A stretch of 64,000 nucleotides of DNA from Amoebidium appalachense (lineage: Eukaryota; Protista; Ichthyosporea). The stretch lies in NCBI GenBank assembly GCA_963693365.1, contig CAVNZM010000007.1, forward strand, positions 5,825,962 through 5,889,961. The letters run 5' to 3'. Of the stretch, positions 39,869-64,000 are shown one piece after another; position 1 is the first letter of the stretch, and the number at the start of each line of letters is the position of its first letter. The position numbers and the translations under genes were made by a program. Below the pieces are notes generated by a model. The model saw only the letters and a program-made list of their open reading frames with translations, searched no databases and was not told where the DNA came from.

Positions 39869-40713
39869 GCGTATTAGTGTGGGCCAAGGTGCCAGTGTGT
39901 TCATACGGTGGGTGTGGGCGGTATGTAAGTGTGTGCTGTGTATGCCTGGGGAGGCCCCGGGAGATTGGGGGGGGGGGGGGGGGGGGGGGGGGGAGGGGGG
40001 GGGGGAGGGGGAGGGGGAGAGGGAGAGGGAGGAAGTGGGGAGGGGGAGGGGGGGGGGGGAGGGGGGGGGGGGGGGGGAGCCCTAATTCTACACAAGCCAA
40101 CCGCGACAAACAAGAAAGAATCCATTAAAAAAAAATCAAAACAAACCAACGGCCCGTTTGACACCAAACTCAAAAGAATTCCCAAAAAGCAGCTGGAAAA
40201 ATTAGGGACTATATCCAGATAAGAAGTCAAGGCAAAACAAGCTTACACACTCTCTCTTTGACTTTGGGTGCTCCTGGACGCATTTTTGAAGCCATATACA
40301 CTGCATGCATGCGAATTGGCCGGCCAGTGTACTATACGGCAAAGCAACACAAGCATGCAATGCAGGTACGCATTCCCCCCAGGGCTGAGGCTCCCCCTCT
40401 TGAGTCCTCCCACCACCGCTCCCCTCCTCCAACACACACACACACACGCACACAACTCCCACACCACGCTGGAAAAAGGCACTGGAAGGCAGATGGGTGA
40501 AAGGGGGGGGGGGGGGGGGGGGGGGGGAGGGAGGGGGGTGGGGGGGAAGGGGGGTTGTAAAGAGTGACAAGATGTTGGAAGGTGTTTGCGCTTGGGGGGA
40601 ACTCGGAGGAGAAGGGGGAGAGAGAAGGGGGAGAGGGTCCCGGGTCGGGGGGGGAGGGGGGGGTATGTGTGGCCCCCCCGTGCTTATGTTGGCTTGGGGG
40701 TGCGGGGGGTAAG

Positions 40714-40780
<67 letters not shown>

Positions 40781-41559
40781 CGCGCGCGCATGCGTGCCTG
40801 CGCGTGAGCGTGCGTGCGCGAGTGTGCATGTAAGTGCATGTGGGTGCCCGTGCACGCTTCAAACCCAAAACCAAAACCCAACCCAGCCCAACTTTAATCT
40901 TTCACTACAAAGAGCCTGTTCAAAAACCAAACAATCAAAACTGAGCAACTTCAATACTTTCATCCAAATATCGGAAACTTTTGAACACTCCTAACCTAAA
41001 AAAATAACTGAACTTGAAACCTTTTTCTCATCGCGTCTGGATTTTCGAGACAAGATGTAATGGACACATGCTGAAAATTCCACGACAATTCACATTCGTC
41101 TGCAAGTGTATGAACGTGTAGATACAACATAGCAACATGCTATTTAATAATTAGTGTCACGCAGTGCACAGCCGCCAGTGTGCATACGTACACATGGCAT
41201 ATCCCCCCTCCCCCCCCCCCCCCCCCTCCCCCCTTCTCCCTCAACCGCTGCCGCCACCACCACTACCACACGTGCACACCTGCAACCTCACCTCCCAAAA
41301 TATCGAAACAAAACAAATCGTATAAAGGAGAAAAGGGAAGGAAAAGAGACCCCGAGCATGCTATGGAACACAAGTGGGTAAATATGCAGCCTGGCATTGC
41401 ACTGTCCATCACAATTTCAAATACAAAACTCATCCGGGCTAGGTACCGGTCTCCACATAACATCTATGATCGTTAAAAAATTTTTTTGTATACTTATCAG
41501 TTGGACAAGAGGGGAGAATGGACTGGAGCTTCCCCCCCCCCCCCCCCCCCCCCTTGCAA

Positions 41560-41590
<31 letters not shown>

Positions 41591-42468
41591 AGGGGGGAGG
41601 GGGGTCCCTCGACTCCCACTGGCACGAAGGCCACTAACGAAATATACATTCGATGACTGTGTAAACACTGTGCTGCAGTGCACTCGAAATAACTCGAAAA
41701 TAAATGAATCGTCGCAAACCCCTTATAAATAAAAAAAACACAGATAAAATTAATTTTACATCATCGGACACTGAAAAACAAGCATACCGTGGTGTGTCCC
41801 ATCGCCCAAAAAAAGAAAAGAAAAAGAAAAAAAAAAGAAAAGAAATAAATAAATAAAAACAAGCAGCTTGAAAAGGAAGAGCTGCCTTCGAAATCATTAT
41901 GCAGCTGTGTTACACTAAGTTGGCAGCGCTGGGAGCCAGTTATCCGATTTTGCAAATTCACGCAAATGACCTCGTGGGAGTGCAGCTAGTCTCAGACGTG
42001 CCACCAACCATTTAACTGACCACGTCCCTTGACACTCTTCCTTTTTTTTTTTTTTTTTTTTTTTTTTTCCCCCTCTTTACAGGACACCCGCTGGTTCTCA
42101 CATGGCACCCACTTGGTGGGCACAACTCAGCCGGAGACTAACAAAAAATACGGTCACATGTACACATGAGAAAAACAGCTTCTAAATATATACTATACCA
42201 CAGCATGACGGACAGATGGCTGTCTAAAAATGTGAGCACAGCCCACCTTCCACCTTAAAAAAGTTTGCACCCTTACCAGCTTTCCTGGGCACTACTATTT
42301 ATTTATATGAGCCTCGGATATAACTTCGGCACTACGTGCCAGCAACAGTTTTTTTCTAGCTCTCCGAGTTTGCCTTGAAGACACATTACGGAATATCGAT
42401 AATTCCGCGGCCATCGACCACTGGAGCCCGGTTCAGTAGGTACTGCGGCCCGGCCCGGCCCGATTTGT

Positions 42469-43800
42469 TTAGTTTTTCTCTGTGCCAGCATTATTCGCCG
42501 ATTGGGGGTTAGCTGTGATGGCGGGCGAGTCGGTTGGGATTTTTTTGGGTTGTTCCGTGGAGAGGCGGGCATTGGAACGGAAAATTGGGCCGCGCGCTTT
42601 GCGGGAGAGGGAGCGAACTGAACGCCTGCTAGCAGAGGCCGAGGGGGCTGGCGCTGGGGGTGCCGGGGCTGGCTCTGGGGAAAAGGAATTGGAACGGAAA
42701 AGACGGGGCTTGCGAGAGAGGGAGCGAACTGAACGCCTGCTAGCAGAGGCCGAGGGGGCTGGCGCTGGGGGTGCCGGGGCTGGCTCTGGGGAAAAGGAAT
42801 TGGAACGGAAAAGACGGGGCTTGCGAGAGAGGGAGCGAACTGAACGCCTGCTAGCAGAGGCCGAGGGGGCTGGTGCTGGGGGTGCCGGGGCTGGCTCTGG
42901 GGAAAAGGAATTGGAACGGAAAAGACGGGGCTTGCGAGAGAGGGAGCGAACTGAACGCCTGCTAGCAGAGGCCGAGGGGGCTGGCGCTGGGGGTGCCGGG
43001 GCTGGCTCTGGGGAAAAGGAATTGGAACGGAAAAGACGGGGCTTGCGCGAGAGCGAGCGAACTGAACGCCTCTTACCAGAGTCCGGGGTAGGAGGGTTAG
43101 CTGGTGTGATTGCCGGTGTGTTTTTGGGGGGCGCGGACGGTGCGGGGGCGGCGACGCGGGAATTGGAATGGAAACTAGGGCCACGCACTTTGCGAGAAAG
43201 TGTTTCCTCCGAGCGAACTGAACGCCTGCTGCCCGAGGGGGCTGGTGTCGGTGCGGGGGGTGGGACGTAGTTATTGGAACGGAAAAGACGGGGCTTGCGC
43301 GATAACGATCGAACTGAACGCCTCTTACCAGCTTCCGGATTAGGAGGGTTTTCTGGTGTAATTGCCGGTGTGTTTACGCTGGATGCGGGTTTGGGTGCAG
43401 GGGCTGCGACGTGGGAATTCGAACGGAAATTCGGCCCACGAGCTTTGCGGGAAAATATTGTCTCCTGCGAGCGAACTGAACGCCTGCCAGAGCCCTGAGG
43501 GGGGCTGCTGGTGGTTGCTGTGCCCCCGTTGGTTGTCGGCTTGGGTGAAGTTTCCGTAGTGAAGGCATTGGCACGGAATATTGGGCCACGTGCAACCCTC
43601 TTCAGCTTGTAATCCACCTCGCCTTCCCCATGAGAAACCATGGCGGGTGTGTTGGAGTCCGAATTTCCTAACATGCCCTCTGCCGACGCACTGCTCACGG
43701 AGGAACTTGCCATGAGCAGAATTACGCAAGAGGAAAGAACGGCGAAGAAAAAGCCACGACGTGGTGAACCCACCGTGTGGGTTTTCATTTCGAGTCCCAT
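42469..43800 (-). CDS. Secreted repetitive polyprotein; putative prohormone/pheromone-like peptide precursor (443 aa, intronless)
   Basis: N-terminal hydrophobic signal (FFFAVLSSCVILLMASSSVSSASA). Nine peptide units start with GPxF[RH][SA]N or LFRSN. Each is preceded by RVAR/RKAR/RKPR/RKVR, and all but the last are followed by (K)RRSVR. Four units are near-identical 111-bp (37-aa) tandem repeats at ~42600-43070. Confidence 0.8.
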   Translation of the reverse strand: MGLEMKTHTVGSPRRGFFFAVLSSCVILLMASSSVSSASAEGMLGNSDSNTPAMVSHGEGEVDYKLKRVARGPIFRANAFTTETSPKPTTNGGTATTSSPPQGSGRRSVRSQETIFSRKARGPNFRSNSHVAAPAPKPASSVNTPAITPENPPNPEAGKRRSVRSLSRKPRLFRSNNYVPPPAPTPAPSGSRRSVRSEETLSRKVRGPSFHSNSRVAAPAPSAPPKNTPAITPANPPTPDSGKRRSVRSLSRKPRLFRSNSFSPEPAPAPPAPAPSASASRRSVRSLSRKPRLFRSNSFSPEPAPAPPAPAPSASASRRSVRSLSRKPRLFRSNSFSPEPAPAPPAPAPSASASRRSVRSLSRKPRLFRSNSFSPEPAPAPPAPAPSASASRRSVRSLSRKARGPIFRSNARLSTEQPKKIPTDSPAITANPQSANNAGTEKN

Positions 43801-44847
43801 CTTCTGTAATAGTTAGCGAAGAAAAACTGACAAAGCTGTGTTTCCTGACTGAATTGCTCACTATGTGCCTAGTTGTGTTGGAGATGTGGTCCGGCTACTA
43901 TCGATGTCGTCCGTGCCAAATCTGACATTAGATATGATCAATTACAAAGCACGTGTAGCACACAAGAGCATAACGCCTAAGGGAACCATGCACACGGGCC
44001 ACACAAGTAGTGTGAGATGTGAATGGCTGTAAGGGCGCTTCTTATAAAAGAACACATGCTTTGCTATGTCACCGTCTATGTTGCCAGGAGCGCATGTCAG
44101 TGTCACGGCCGCGGCAACTAAACGCCCAATCAGATCCCTTAGCTGCTATTGAGATATGAATAACCATATATAGTTTTGCTTACCAGCAGTTGATTGGTGT
44201 TGGGTGTGTGGGAGATTCACTAGGAATTATTTGGAATTTGAGATGGTATGCAGCTTAGGGCTTGAACTTTTATCGCCAGAAGCTAAGGAAAAGCAGGCCG
44301 GGGGAGGAATCATGTGCACCTAAAGTGGGTGTTCAAAACAAAGAAAAAAAGGGGTTGGGCTGAGAAGTATTTGATATCTGCAGCGAACTCACGCTTGTAA
44401 TTAGCAGGCGGACGCCGTACAGGTTGGGCCCACCACTCCCAGTGTACTTGACCGTGAATTCAGAATAAATTGTTCACAAAATACCTCCGGGAGCACCCCC
44501 TAGCTCGCCCCAACCTCTCCGAAAAGATCCATATTCATTACGTCCATCCCCATCTTATTTTTTTATGGGGGGGAAATTTCCTCTTATGGAATAAAAATGG
44601 AGATGAGACATGTCCAGGAAGGGTGACCTGTAGTCCTCCTACTCCTCACAAGTTTCATGATGATAATTTCAAGCCCTGTCCAAGGAAGATAAAAACTTTT
44701 GAACTGATAACGAAACCCACAACGTTTCTCAACAAGCTCGCTCGACGGTTAACCAATTAGATGAGTTCATTTTGTTCATCTATAATTGACGAGGCGGTCC
44801 TTGCATTCCACGGCCGGGCATTCCACATTCCTTGGGCAGGAGTGTGC

Positions 44848-44899
44848 CATACAAGCCTGAGCCCATGCACACGTGTGTGCATGGGCTCAGGCTTGTATG
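44848..44899. repeat. Perfect 25-bp inverted repeat (hairpin) with 2-nt spacer
   Basis: CATACAAGCCTGAGCCCATGCACAC-GT-GTGTGCATGGGCTCAGGCTTGTATG. Confidence 0.9.
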
Positions 44900-45462
44900 T
44901 ACACATGTCATGGAGTACGTGGTGTCGCCTGCCATTTGCAGCCAACATGGGATCGTTTGTCGTTGTAAACATCGAAATTGTGCCCCTGCACCATGGGCCA
45001 GATATGTCTGTGAGCCTGCAGGCCATGGAGCCTTCAAGGGCTAAAAATAAGATTCGTATGTAAAAAACTATTAGGAATGTCCGAGGCATAATTCCTCCAC
45101 CACGTTTCTCGCGTACCGGCTATTGTATTTTTTATTCTGTATACTGCCGTCCGACGGCCCTCCAATTTTTGTCGAGCGTACGATCGGCACAATGCCTCTT
45201 TGTATCACTTCAATGCTTTTTGATTATCCGAGGAGCTGCCAGGAGCTGCTCAGTACGTGACCACTCCCGAGCATTCCGCAACTTTTTCGGATTTGACATC
45301 TTGCAACATCATCCATGCATATGGCAACGAAACATTGCGTCAGGCCAACTATATCACGTGGTTCACGTGCACCATCAAAAAGTTGATCACTGATGATACA
45401 TATCAAAAGTGTTACATGTGTTATTCACTGTGGAACAAGCTCAACTCCTGAAATCATTGTGA

Positions 45463-45578
<116 letters not shown>

Positions 45579-46906
45579 ACACTAACACACACGCGCGCAC
45601 ACGCACACGCACGCACACTCACGCACACGCACGCACACGCACGTCACACGCACGCACACGCACACCCACACGCACGCACACACTCACCACGTGGTACCCC
45701 ACCTCGGCTCCCCACAACCAAAGGCCAAGTTGGCAGTGAAAACAAATACAGTACTCATTCAAGCATTTGAAAAACTCAAAAGAAAAAAAATACTGTTGTA
45801 TACAGTAAGTGGTACATGGCTGACACCTGCGTTGCCGTGACTAAACTAGCATGGGATCACCGTGAACACAGCAGTCCGTCTCAAATGGTATCCATACAAA
45901 TGCATGTCACGTGACAAGACAGCAGTATCCATGATACATCCACGCAAAGTTTTCGTGGCTCCTGTACCAACCGGAGAGTCTCGTGGCTGGCTTCTTGCCC
46001 AACACATAATATATATATAGTCGTTACGGTTAAACTTTGTCGTGGGGAGGTTGTGCAAGTCCAAAACACTGTGACAAGCACGCACACAAAAAAAAATAAT
46101 AACAATAATAATAATATAAAAAAAAGCCACAAACAATGAAAAGGTGTAGAAGCAATGCCATTCTTCCCAATCCCGCAATCGGAAATATGGGATGCCATCA
46201 TCAACATGATACATAACGCTTGCTGCTGAAAAGGCTTAGAAAGAGGCTTAATGGGCTGATGAGTTCGGAGCTCGGGACACGGTATACCCACACTAACCAA
46301 CATGGTATATGAAGGTAGCTAGAACTGGGCAGGACGTGTCAAATCATATGGTGCATGAAAAGTTTTACAGTTTCAGGAGTCATTGACAGTCTTTCAAAAC
46401 TTGTAAGCTTTGCACTGTGTGAGAGGGTTGCATGGTTATCATCATATGCCATCACGGTGACTGACCATGGGGAAAGGTGTCATAAGACAGAGCAAGCCTA
46501 CCTAAGGAGCATCATATAGTAATGGCATGAACATTTGTGCCACAGTCTCTCTAATTTAGAGTTACGAGTATACCAACACGGTGTTTTGAAACAGAACCGT
46601 GCGTGACACGGCCCGGGGACGTTGAACTAGAGTTCCGAAGCTGAACAAGTCTAAACTCAAACAATTGTTCAACTGCACGACGGTCACCAACACACCATAT
46701 CAGGTTTCCTTTCTATCATTTTTTCTTACTTTCATCCCTTAAATTTTCTCTTTCATAGAGCCTTTCTTTTCCTTCTCTTTCTTCTTCTTCTCCTTCTTCC
46801 TTCTTCTTCTTCTTCTTCTTCTTCTTCTTCTTCTTTTTTTTGGACAAAACTTTCCTTTTCCCTTTGCACCTGTCCCATAATATTTGCTTTTTCTGGGCAC
46901 CAACCC

Positions 46907-47587
46907 ATGATGGCGCATCCCATTTCACCCATCACCACCCTCCGTCCCTACCTCTGCTTCCCAGGCACTTGCGAAGAAGTTATGCACTTCTACGCGGGCG
47001 TGTTTGGGTCCAACCCTGTCAAGATGACACGGTTCAAAGACGGACCGGATCAGTGCAAAACACAATACGGAAAGGAAAACGGAAACAAAATTATGCATTG
47101 CACCTTCGAGGCTGGAAAGCTGTTTTTCATGGCCGCGGACGACGCGTGCGGTTAGGAGAAAACGGAACACGGAGAAGCGATGGTCGAAGGAAAGGTTGTG
47201 GAAAAGAAGAAGAGAAAGGTGGAAGGGGAGGGTGAGGTGGTGCATACAGAAAACGTGGAAACTATCGAGTCTCTCAGAGAACCAGAACATGACTCGGAGC
47301 AAAAGAAACATTCGGAGGCAGAGGGGGAGGTGAAAAATGGTGGTGGGGGAAAACAGGTGCAGACAGCGCTCGCGCTCGATTTCAAAGACACCAACGGCGC
47401 GGCAACAATTTTCAACGCGCTTCCGTCCGGAGGGGGGAAAATGTTGGTGGAGTTTAGAGAGGAGCGGTGGGGGGACATGTTTGGTATGGTGCGGGATAGG
47501 TTTGGGGTGGAGTGGATGGTTACGTCACGTGATCACCTGCCGTGGGGGTTTGTGGGTGACAGGTCGGAGCCTGCAGGGCTGCCTTGA
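46907..47587 (+). CDS. PhnB/VOC (glyoxalase-superfamily) protein interrupted by an in-frame TAG at 47153-47155 (pseudogene, small intron, readthrough or sequence error)
   Basis: The N-half (LRPYLCFPGTCEEVMHFYAGVFG...KIMHCTFEAGKLFFMAADD) and C-half (IFNALPSGGGKMLVEFREERWGDMFGMVRDRFGVEWMV) are PhnB-type. Both halves are in the same frame, joined by an E/K-rich insertion. Confidence 0.8.
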
Positions 47588-48569
47588 TGTCATCATGATA
47601 TGTTACTGCCACGGGCTGCGTCATTATACACATATTTAAATTTCTACTTTTTTAGTTGTTTAATTTAAAAAAAAATTGCGTGTTTAAACTACCCACACAA
47701 ATTTTCATCCGGGCTAATCAGTCAGGTCGTGCGTGCATTATTGGTCGATGGAATTTTTGGTGAGATTGCGATATTCCTACCATTTTACTCAAAAGTATTA
47801 AAAACTTTCTATTGCAGAGAGGAGAGGGGAGGGGTTTTTTGTTTGTTTGTATTTTTTTTGGGGGGGGGGGGGGAGGGGAGGGGGGGGAGAAGGGGGGAGG
47901 GGACGAGGTGAAAGAGGGGGGGGGGGGGGGGAGGCCCGAGGTGGGGGGGGGGGGGGTGCACGTGAGGGGGGGGCAGGGGGGGGGGGGGGGGGGGGGGGGG
48001 GTGGTCCAGGTTCGTATAAAGTTTTAGAGCACTTGAATCTTATTTCATTAGCGGGTACAACTTGTTATATAACTTATGACACGAACCTGACCATCCCCCC
48101 CTTCCCCCGGGGAAAAAAAAAAAGAAGTTTAACACACCCACTGGCTACACACACACACACCGCCACAAATCCCCCCCCCCCCCCCCCCCCAGTGCACTGG
48201 TTGACGTTTGCAGCTTTCCATAACATATAGGTCGATGACCTTTTTAATATCCGGGTACCTTCCCATTTGTTAATTATAAACATCGCAAAGTTCTGCTTTT
48301 TGTCACTGGCTGAGCTTCCCGTCGGAGAAACATTGATCAAAGCTACCCATAGCAATCAAAAGCTATCATAGTATATACCTACATTACACCTGCGCATGAG
48401 TTGTTTTGAGAACCTGCCATGGCCAGTTCCGCGACTGCTGGTGTGTGTGGCAACCGTAGTAATAACTACTACTGTAGCAGGAGCTGTGTTTTTTTAATCG
48501 TGAAAAGACGTGTGCTTCTGCAGGTGTTGGTCTGGAGAGCTTGAAACAATCACTGTCGGGGAGACGGGG

Positions 48570-48601
<32 letters not shown>

Positions 48602-50106
48602 AGGGGGGGGGGGGCAAGCTCGGGGAGAACATGTACAGAAAAGCGGTGCGTGCGCGGGTGTGTGTGTGTGTGTGTGTGTGTGTTGTGCACGTGTGTTTGT
48701 TTTTCTCTCTGTGCGCGCACGTGTGTGTGTGTGTGGGTTTGGGGGGAGGGAGGGGAGGGAAGAGAGAGGGGGGGTGAGGGGGGGTAAGGGGGGGGGGGAA
48801 AGAGAAAGAGAGAAGGATCGAGGGGATGGGGGGGAGGAGAAGGAAGAAAAGAGGGTGGGCCAGGGGAAAAGGGGGGGCAAGAGAAAGAGCTATATTCATT
48901 GGGGGGGGGGGGGGGGGGGGGGGGTCTTGGGATTGCAAAGCGAGAGAAAGTTTGAGGGACAACTCAACCCAATTGTGGAGTGTCACGGGGTAGGATATGG
49001 GGGGTTGAAAGGGGGAGAAAGGGCAAAGCTTAATTCGAACTTGTCCAAACCCCCACTTACTCAACCCATGGCCACCCAATCCCCTCCTTTTTGTAGCACC
49101 ATTAATATTCCCCACTTTTCTTCTCCCTATCCCATTTTGTGTCAACATTATTGCCTTCCGAAGTTCCAACTTCCTGGCATCGAAAGATTCCAGACACAAT
49201 CCTTGGCTAACAGAGGTGTCTCATGACGCTCGGGTGGCCCAAGATCACCGGCATGTTTGGATTTTTATGGATTCAAATTCCAGGATTTTTCATTTTTATA
49301 TTTTATTTTTTTATTACAAGTATCACATGCTGTGCCGGTAGATTATTTGTAGTGGTGTTTGCGCCGAGCACAAATCTTAAAAAGTGAAACGACAAGTCCG
49401 CCTCCCTCGTTTAGGAGTTGGGCTGGAAAACCAGGGCTGCATCCACCAAAAATACACGTTGAATGCCATAAATACCATAATAAGTATGATTTACAAGACA
49501 CATCTCTGTCCACGGACACGCGCATACACAACTTCCCAGGGTTTGGCCGTTGGAAAACAACCACGACTACTCCACTCGTGTGGCAAAAATTTTCAATTTG
49601 AAATTCGCAAAAAGTTAAAATTTTCCATGTCCCCTATTACTGCATGTGCCTAAGTCAAACCATACACCAGCTGATGCACATTTGGAAACCTTCTAGAATC
49701 CCCACTCAGGATTGCGCCAAAACCCTCCCCCCCAAAAAAACCCAACGAAGACAAATAAACAAACAAACGAAAGCAGATAAAAAACCGAAAATATATACCT
49801 CTCGGTATGCAGTAACATATCACCGTGCGCGCCATCAAACAATGGTCTCAATCTAGTCTAAGTGCAACTATGTATAGATACATTAATCGATTGCTCTCTT
49901 CCACACGCATATCGGGGTGTTGTACTATCACCCCGTCACTTTTACCCACTTTAGGCAATTATCCCATTAGTCAAGAGACGCGCCATAGAAGCAAACATAC
50001 GGATCTGAAATGGCAGTTGTCATGTTGCCTTATGATAATTATTCATAACCAGATATGCAACCAACCAATCAAAATGGAGGATGGTCAAGTGATTTGGTCA
50101 CGTGAC

Positions 50107-63788
<13,682 letters not shown>

Positions 63789-64000
63789 CTGGGATATGAC
63801 ACATGTTAGATATATTGTGCAGTTGTCAGTGGGGAGATATATAACAACGTTTTAGTTATGTTGTGCCATGGTTGGTGGGGAGATAGTTGAGCGGCACACC
63901 CTGGGATATGACACGTGTTAGATATATCTTGTGGAGTTGTTAGTGGGGAAATTTATGTTTTACATGATGCTTGACCCCCCCCCCCCCCCCCCACCCACCA

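Noticed and set aside
42303-43270. Alternate-frame (293 aa) and antisense (262 aa) repeat ORFs over the peptide precursor
   Set aside because: By-products of the stop-free 111-bp repeat; only the 443-aa frame has a signal peptide and spans the diverged units.

Overview
Intron-rich eukaryotic DNA with very dense poly-G/poly-C, (CA)n and (GA)n tracts. The animal-like POLD1 and four-RRM PTB, together with a class I fumarase, suggest a unicellular holozoan or similar protist, but this is a low-confidence inference. Most ORFs in the supplied track are microsatellite artefacts. Three multi-exon housekeeping genes were rebuilt by hand from GT-AG junctions: a mitochondrial class I (Fe-S) fumarate hydratase (minus strand, <474-8597), a PTB/hnRNP I-like protein (plus, ~11057-23654) and the DNA polymerase delta catalytic subunit (minus, 50107->63788). 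Between them lies an accessory region (~24-48 kb). It holds (i) two head-to-head, intronless, secreted copies of a bacterial Bsr-like broad-spectrum amino-acid racemase, both lacking the C-terminal domain; (ii) a small Cys-rich secreted protein; (iii) tRNA-Pro(UGG); (iv) a foldback/MITE-like element; (v) a 443-aa secreted polyprotein built like a prohormone or pheromone precursor, with nine F-[RH]-[SA]-N-headed peptides between furin/Kex2-type RxxR sites; and (vi) a PhnB/VOC gene with an in-frame TAG. The peptide precursor is the top candidate for a novel system. A recurring structural oddity is tandem duplication of splice-site-containing segments beside real exon boundaries.
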